From NCBI GenBank assembly GCA_964016885.1, contig OZ024743.1:36022001-36086000 (forward strand): a stretch of 64,000 bases of DNA. Reading direction: 5' to 3'. Shown here in pieces: positions 55,848 to 64,000 of this stretch; position 1 is the first letter of the stretch, and each line of letters opens with the position of its first letter. Made by a program: the position numbers and the translations under genes. The notes under the pieces were generated by a model that was not told where the DNA came from, searched no databases, and was given only the letters and a program-made list of their open reading frames with translations. The stretch comes from Eledone cirrhosa. Its lineage: Eukaryota.

Positions 55848-57536
55848 GACGGCTGCCCCCTCGTTATCGAGTATGGCCATTGCACGAGAAAAAAAATATA
55901 TATATACATATATATTGATAACAATAATAATAATAATAACAACAATAATAATAACGACAACAACAACAATAATAATATACATATATATATATACACACAC
56001 ACGCACACACATAAACAAATCTATACACACACGCGATAGCAACTAACAGCGCTGCGATCGAATTGGGCTTTTTAGCCCAGCCAATGATCTAAAATGTCTT
56101 GCACAGAGTCGGCAACCAAAACATTCACTGGGAATAGCCGGCTGTAGTTGGAGTTCATGTACTTTTGCATGTCGTTTGAGCCCTCCTGCTGATTTACATT
56201 CTCTACCACATCCTTGGCAAGCATGATGAGTAGCATCTCCAACAGCAGCCTGGAAGTCAACCACTGGTCTTACTTTATGACTGCGAAGATGACTTTCGAG
56301 TCCAGCTTTGCTTAGGCAGAGTCTCGCACAGACGCTGCATGTCAGCACCATAGGAAGACCCTCGCCGTCTGGAAGTGCAACAGCAATGCCCTTCCTCACA
56401 TCCCGCTTTACTTTCTCGTATGCGATTCGAGATGTCTCAAAGGCAACTTTCCCCTCATATACAGTCTTTCTCCATTTATTACGATCAGCAGCAATATTTT
56501 CCCATGTATCAGCAGAGATGTTAGCGTCTTTCAAAGAGGCTTTCAAGGAATCCTTATACCTCTTTTTTGGTTTATGTGGCGATCGTTTTCCTTTAACCAA
56601 CTCTCCATAAAAGAGTTGTTTTGGTATTCTAGAATCCTTCATCCTGGCAAGGTGACCACTCCAACGGAGTCGTTGCTTAAGCACAAGAGCTTCTATACTG
56701 TCACACATAGAGCTTTCTAAAATCTCGACATCACTGATGTAGTCCCTCCAGTGAACGCCATGGATCCGTCTGAGACACATCTGGTGGAAACGCTCCAATT
56801 GCTTAAGGTGGTGTCGATATGTGATCCAGGTTTCGCAGGCATAAAGAAGACAAGAGAGCACACATGCCTTGTACACCTTTACCTTTGTCTTCTTGCATAT
56901 GTCTTGCCGACCCCAGAGTCGCCTTTCTAGCTTTCCGAAAGCATCACTTGCTTTCCTAATCCTAAGTGAGAGTTCACTATCAAGGTTGCTCTATCGATTG
57001 ACAGTGCTTCCCAAGTAGACAAACTGATCAACCACTCCAAGTCGTTTACTATACACATAGATACTTGGTTCACTGTACTGCTTACCAGGGGCAGGTTGGT
57101 ACATGACGACGGTTTTCTTGAGACTGATAGTCAATCCTAGGGCAGTGCAAGCGTCAGAAAATGCATTCAAAATGTGCTGCATATCACTCTCTGTGTGCGT
57201 TACAAGATTGCAATCATCTGCATACGAGAGGTCTCTTATGATTGATGTAAATACTGTTGTCTTTGCAGCAAAGCTCCTGATGTTAAAAGGCTGTCTGAGG
57301 TTCGATATCGTATGTAAACACCATGCTCGCAATTCCTGAATGCAATACAGAAAACTATTGCAAAGTATATGGTAAACAGGGTCGGTGCTGGAATATCCCC
57401 CTGTTTCACTCCATTTTTTACTGAGATAGGCTCCGACATGTTAACTCCGACATTAACCCAAGCCTTCATGTCGTCATGGGAAGACCTAACTAAAGCAAGG
57501 AACTTATCAGGGCAACCACGTTTCTGGAGAACCTTA
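55848..57536 (-). mobile_element. 5'-truncated RTE-BovB-like LINE: RT with YADD, thumb, three C2H2-type fingers, 3' UTR, (ATGT)n tail
   Basis: GCPDKF...NGVKQG..APTLF...DLSYADD...GLTISLKKT...FVYLGS...LLYACETW...RLRWSGH..RM...RIPKQLFYGEL; frameshift near 57290 and stop at 56991-56993; terminal stop 56043-56045. Confidence 0.93.
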
Positions 57537-57577
57537 TACATACATACATACATACATACATACATACATACATACAT

Positions 57578-57859
57578 GGTGGCTGCCAACTCGTTTTCGA
57601 GTACGGCCACTACTTTATATCCATGTAGGAGAACCCCTATCGATGCGCTGAACAAGTGTGACTTCGTAGTCCAGCCAGCGACTTGAAAACTCTGGTATAA
57701 ACACTACGCTTGTGACAATTATTGACACATAGTGCTGGGCCCATGGTACCATGTGAGGACAAGTGCAGAGAGATCTCCAGATATAAAGCAATGCCTGTGC
57801 TGTGAAGCTTTTATAGTGAGCAAAGGCACTGCACAAAGCCAGTCCCACTCTCTTAACCA
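57578..57859 (-). mobile_element. NA-RTE, 5'-truncated copy
   Basis: Matches the 3' ~280 bp of the family; (CATA)n on both sides. Confidence 0.9.
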
Positions 57860-58328
57860 TACTTACATACATACACACATACTTACATACATACACATAC
57901 ATGCATTCATAAACAGTTTCTCTTCACAGTTCAGTGCTCTGGAATCTATTCCTCTTTACCTCTTCCATTTCCTCCCCCTCCATCTCTCTCGCTCTACTAC
58001 ACACACATACATACACATACACACACACGTACGTACATACATACATACATACATACATACACACACATCTTTAAGATACACACACTCATACACAGACAAA
58101 CATTCCAGTAATCTCACACATACTCAAGTAGACACACATACACATACACATTTTTACCTATATATATATACTGGTATTATACGGGATCGTAATACCATGC
58201 GGTATTTGCAATCAAAACAACCACCATCACCATGACTACATAACCACAACTATCAACATTACCACTGTGAATATCATTACAATAACAACCACTAGCACCA
58301 CTATCGCAACCTCCCCCTCTCTCTCTCT

Positions 58329-58362
<34 letters not shown>

Positions 58363-58370
58363 TATATATA

Positions 58371-58557
58371 TAACTGTTTCTACTTTTGGCACAAGGCCAG
58401 CAAATTACCCAGTGTATTACTGGTACTTTATTTTATCGACCCCGTAAGGATGAAAAGCAAAGTTAACCTCGGCGGGATTTGAACTCAGAATGGCAAGGGC
58501 CGTAACTCTCTGCGTCAAAGCATGGCGTCCGACCCTCTACCGATACTGCCAATCCAC
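58371..58557 (-). mobile_element. SINE family A, type II
   Basis: Consensus match. Confidence 0.9.
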
Positions 58558-58686
58558 TACCATATATATATATAGAGAGAATAATACCAGCAATATTGTT
58601 TCATTAACATCCCCGCCGCCATCAGCTTCTAATTCAATTTTCCCATCGTCACACTATCACATCTCTACCATATTAATTATGCTACT

Positions 58687-58872
58687 GGTGGATTGGCAAT
58701 ATCAGTAGTGTTGAACACCATACTTTGCAGCATAGAATCACGGCCCTTTACGTTCTGAGTTCAAATCCCGCCGAGGTTATCTTTGCCTTTCATCCTTACG
58801 GGGTCGATAAGATAAAGTACCAGTAATGCACTGGTGTTAATTGCTAGCCTTGTGCCAAAAGTAGACACAATT
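58687..58872 (+). mobile_element. SINE family A
   Basis: Consensus match; inverted relative to 58371. Confidence 0.88.
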
Positions 58873-58911
58873 AATTATGCTACTTTTTTCGCTGCACCCA
58901 TACACCACCAG

Positions 58912-59205
58912 TGAAGGTGCCTGGCTAAATGTTTAGGGTGTTCGGCTGATGAGTTCGATTCCCAGATGAGTACTGTGTTCTTGAGCAAGACACTTTCCGT
59001 TGCTCCAGTCCACTAAATAGGCAACGTTGTACTTCAAAGGACCAGCTTTGTCATTCAGAGTTTAATGTTGAATGAATCTCCATGAGAACTACCTTAAGAG
59101 TACACGTGTCTGTGGCATACACAGCAACTTGCATGTTACTTCCACGAGCAGGCTGTTCCGTTAATCAAACAGCTTAAATACACATCGTCGAAACTGATGG
59201 AGTCT
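58912..59205 (+). mobile_element. SINE family C (tRNA head plus conserved core GTGTTCTTGAGCAAGACACTT)
   Basis: TGGCTAAATG (box A-like), GAGTTCGATTCCC (box B), tail ACACGTGTCTGTGG...GAGCAGGCTGTTCCG. Confidence 0.75.
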
Positions 59206-59214
59206 CATTGCCAA

Positions 59215-59610
59215 ACTATTACTACTACGATGGTTACCACCACCCCTACTACTGTCACCACCAAAGCCACCACACCTATCACCACTACTAACACTACTAA
59301 CATCGCCATCATTACCTCAACCACTACTAACATCACCACCACCAGTACTACCACCATCACAACCACCACTAACACTACCATCACTATCACTGTTATCCCA
59401 AACCACCGACACCACGGCTACTACTACCACATCAACCATCATCGTTACCACTAACCCACCACCACCAGCACCACCAACACCAACACCACCACTACAAACA
59501 CCACCATCACCATCGCCACTGCATCCATCACAACCAACAACAGTACTACCACTACAGTCGCCACTACCAACACTACCATCACTACTACCAACATTATCCC
59601 AAACCACTAA
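59215..59610. repeat. Degenerate (ACC/ACT)n low-complexity tract with internal duplication
   Basis: AACACTACCATCACTA...TTATCCCAAACCAC occurs at ~59371-59406 and ~59569-59607. Confidence 0.85.
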
Positions 59611-59828
59611 TTTCTCAGTTTCCCTAAGCTGGTTTCCTGCGGACGCTGCCCCATCACATCAAAAGCCGAAAGCCCTTAGGGATGTGTAAGTGAAGGGTTT
59701 CGCTATTAAATGTAACAGGAAATCCACAGGCTTCTGTTAAGCAGATTTAATTTAATGTGTGCAAATACAGTCAAAGTGACTGTGTGAAGACGCACACACA
59801 CACACACATATATATGCATGTACATTAT

Positions 59829-59859
<31 letters not shown>

Positions 59860-59957
59860 AACACACACACACATATATGTATATATATATATATGTATAT
59901 ATATCTATATATATATATATATATGATTGTATGTATGTATATATATATATATGAATG

Positions 59958-60037
<80 letters not shown>

Positions 60038-60094
60038 TGCATGTATATATATATATATATATATATATATGAATGTATGTATATATATATATAT

Positions 60095-60233
60095 TAGTCC
60101 AGAATTAGCCGTCGAAACGGCTTGAGCTCAGCCGTCGGGGTCCTACTCGTTCCTATTACCCACTCTACTACCCTAAGTATTGAGTACTTTGGTGTGTTAT
60201 GGTCCATCTGGTTCCTTACCACATTTCCTCCGT
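60095..60233. mobile_element. Repeat family T, copy 4
   Basis: GCCGTCGAAACGGCTTGAGCTCAGCCGTCGGGGTCC...CCCTAAGTATTGAGTAC...TTACCAC; (TA)n flanks. Confidence 0.82.
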
Positions 60234-60613
60234 TATATATATATATATATATATAATATAATATAAGCAAACAGACACAGAAACATATATATATACACAC
60301 ACGAGATAGGTATAAATGATTTATATTTCATACATGCGTGTATATAAATGCGGGTGAGAAAATTGACACCTATACATATACATATAAATGTGTGTGTGTG
60401 TGTGTATGTGTGTGTGTGTGTGTATGTATCAATGTATACGCACACGCACACACGCTCACACACACAAGCATACACAGACACTCACACACATACACATACA
60501 TATACATACACATATGTAAATATTTGTATATTATACATATATACATATGTACGTAATTATTAATATAATATAATATATATATATGTATGTGTGTGTGTGT
60601 GTGTGCATGTATG

Positions 60614-60665
<52 letters not shown>

Positions 60666-60699
60666 CACATATATGCATATATATATTCAAATACATATG

Positions 60700-60777
<78 letters not shown>

Positions 60778-61126
60778 CATACATACATATATATGTATAT
60801 ATATACATACATACATACATACATACATGTGTGCGTGTGTGTGTGTGTGTGTGTGTAAATATATGTGTGTGTGTTTATACATTTATATTTGAATATATTT
60901 GAATGTATGAGTGTCTAGCAAGTATATTAGCATCCACCATATGTTTTCGTGATATATCCTTACTGGATTCTCAGTTTCGCTACCTCCTCACTACCCAAGC
61001 ACACTTACAATAAACGCTGTTGATGTTACTACTCTATATGAACCCATGTGTTTGGTCGTCTGCTTTTTCATTTATGTATTAAGATGCGTAAGAGATATGT
61101 ATATATAAACACACACACACACACAC

Positions 61127-61196
<70 letters not shown>

Positions 61197-61513
61197 GTGT
61201 CTGTATATATATATATATATATATATACTAAACTCGTCCCATGGATTGAGTGCTCTACTACTACGGTTATAACCCTCCAGTGTTCTACTATTATATATAT
61301 ATATATATGTGTGTATATAAAGGGTGTCCACAAAATATATATACATACTTTTATTACTATTACAGCCAATATTTATTAGAAAGCTGAGTTGAAGTGTGTA
61401 TATATTTTGTGGGACACCCTATACACACATGTATATATATATATAAACTATATGTGTGCATATATATATATATATACACACAAACACTCACACATATATA
61501 TATACAAAGTATA

Positions 61514-61553
<40 letters not shown>

Positions 61554-61630
61554 ATATGTGTGCATATATATATATATATATATATACAAACACACACACA
61601 CACACACATATATATATACACACAAAGACT

Positions 61631-61662
<32 letters not shown>

Positions 61663-62047
61663 GACACATAGACACATATATTTGAATAAATGTGCGTACA
61701 TACATACAATATTACTGGTCTCAGTAATTTCATCGGAGTGACATTAAGACAACTTTTAGTTGATCATGGCGACTCCATTAGGTATTTCAGCCAGGTTACC
61801 TATGTCAGTGATCTCCCTTTACTGAGCTAAATGTCATACGACACCATTAAATGCTCATGGAGTAATTTGTGTCTATACTCCTCCAGATGGACATAACAAT
61901 GTTTTACTCGGAGAACATGTGTTCTAACTTCTATGTATGTATGTATGTATGTATGTATGTATGTATGTATGTATCTATGAGTTTTTGTGTGTATGTATGT
62001 ATGTATGTATGTATGTATGCATGTTTATATGTATGTATGCATGTATG

Positions 62048-62078
<31 letters not shown>

Positions 62079-62236
62079 GTGTATGTGTGCATGTGTTTAT
62101 ATGTATGTATGCATGTGTATATATATATGTATGTATGTATGTATGTGTGTATGTGTGTACGCATGTTTATATGTATGTACACATGTTTATATGTATGTAT
62201 GTAAGTATGTATGCATGTATGTATGTATGTGTATGT

Positions 62237-62842
62237 CAGGTCACCAGTTGGTGCTACTGGTAACATGTATCCCAGTACAACCTGTCTCATGGTTGAGTCG
62301 TTGGCGACTAAACTAGCAACACCACCAAGGTTTCTTGGTGAGGAGGGTGACTTTGGACATCCTGTAGGACTAAAAACAAAACCTGTCAAAGGGCAAAGGA
62401 GCTCTTAAGAGTCAATGGCCATCCAAAATCACCGGGAGAGATGACCCCTTAGTCTTTGTCAAGGCAGAATTCTAGGAGAAGGAAAACTCTGATATAACAC
62501 CTGCAACCCTGATGGTATCCAATGATGTTGACTTGTTCTTCTTTTTGTTAAATATCATCTTGGTTAAGAGAGTGGGGCTGGATTTGTGCAGTGCCTTTGC
62601 TCACTATAAAAGCTTCACGGCACAGGCATTGCTTTATATCTGGAGATCTCTCTGCACTTGTCGTCACATGGTACCATGGGCCCAGCACTAAGTGTCAATA
62701 ATTGTCACAAGTGTAGTGTTTGTACCAGAGTTTCCAAGTCGCTGGCTGGACTAAAAAGTCACACTCGTTCAGCGCATCGGTAAGGGTTCTCCTACATGGA
62801 TATAAAGTAGTGGCCGTACTCGAAAACGAGTTGGCAGCCACC
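62237..62842 (+). mobile_element. NA-RTE, longest copy (606 bp)
   Basis: (GTAT)n|CAGGTCACC...CTAGGAGAAGGAAAACTCTGA (62472-62492)...TGGCCGTACTCGAAAACGAGTTGGCAGCCACC|GC(ATGT)n. Confidence 0.92.
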
Positions 62843-63174
62843 GCATGTATGTATGTATGTATGTATGTATGTATGTATGTATGTATGTATGTATGTATGT
62901 ATGTATGTATGTATGTATGTGTATGTGTGTAAGTATGTATGTATATGTGTATGTATGTTTATATGTATGTATGTGTGTATGTATGTTTCTATCAGTTCTT
63001 TAGAGGACGTCTCAGACTACACAACTGACCTGTGTACTTTGAAGAAAGGAAACTCAGCTAGAGTTATGAGACGTTATTAATGTGTGTGTGTATATATATA
63101 TATACACATAATATATATATACACATACATATATATATATATATATACACATACATATATAAATATATATATAT

Positions 63175-63224
<50 letters not shown>

Positions 63225-63352
63225 TGATGTGGTGATGTAATAATTCTGTTGGTTGTCTTATGACGTCACCCACATAAACAACCACAGAATTTGTTGAAAC
63301 CCGGAGTTTCGGCTAGTTTAGTTTCAACGGACAAACACACACATGCACACAT

Positions 63353-63393
<41 letters not shown>

Positions 63394-63519
63394 ACACACA
63401 CACACACACACACACTCACACACACACTTACACTGGTATTTGTAACCTGTCATTGCCCCTCGTCTCTCGTGTGATATATCAAAAATATAAAAAATATAGT
63501 TATGTTACCAAGGTTGTAA

Positions 63520-63650
63520 ATTGGTGAGTAGTTAGGCAGTGGAATAGAATGCTTCGAGGTATTTATTCCGGCTCTGAATCCAAATTCCAGCGAGGTCAAC
63601 TTTGTCTTCCATTCTTTAGAGATCCATAGAGTACCAGTTCAATAGTTCGA
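63520..63650 (+). mobile_element. SINE family A, highly diverged
   Basis: CAAATTCCAGCGAGGTCAACTTTGTCTTCCATTCTT...AGTACCAG. Confidence 0.6.
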
Positions 63651-64000
63651 CAGTTCGATTCTTCCTCTGTACTTTTTTTTCAACTCTCTCTCCCTTTTGT
63701 CTCCCTTTCTCTGGAAGAAACCTGCCGTATTCCAATCTGACGAGGGATGTGTTCTACTAGGTTTAAAATGTCATGTAGGTGACGACGGCAGCCCTACGGT
63801 TCCATCAGTAATTAAGGGTGCATTACATAGATATATCCAATAAAGGGTTATTAGTTATTATACTGTACAATTTACATGGTAAGAAAGTTTCAAGACGGAC
63901 AGCGTTCTTTCACATTATTTCCTCATATTATTCTACACTTGAGGGGTGTCGTGTGAAGCCCTGCTGTAGACTAAAACTTCTAGTATTACACATAACTATA

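Noticed and set aside
56043-56876. Host C2H2 zinc-finger gene
   Set aside because: The fingers are in frame with RTE RT thumb sequence in a truncated, frameshifted LINE

Overview
AT-rich, microsatellite-saturated eukaryotic DNA, intergenic or intronic. The repeat families resemble those I associate with octopus/cephalopod genomes (inference). No intact host gene can be supported, and nearly all ORF-track entries are translations of simple repeats. The window holds: (i) about 25 copies of a tRNA-derived SINE plus two other SINE families; (ii) decayed LINEs (three R4/Dong-type RLE fragments, one Rex3/Expander-like RTE, one RTE-BovB-like element with three C-terminal C2H2 fingers); (iii) two Penelope-like element fragments; (iv) a mariner fragment, three TTAA/piggyBac-type MITEs and hAT-type MITEs; (v) a 5.4-kb 15-bp Thr-codon minisatellite. 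The strongest candidate system is an (ATGT)n-associated retroposon pair. The RTE LINE at 55848-57536 and a ~600-bp non-coding element (4 copies) share a 3' stem-loop terminus and an (ATGT)n tail, sit in (ATGT)n tracts in a fixed orientation, and form a head-to-tail array at 55.1-57.9 kb. A second theme is fold-back hairpins and degenerate hammerhead-like motifs abutting (TA)n tracts. All family assignments come from motif recognition, not database searches.
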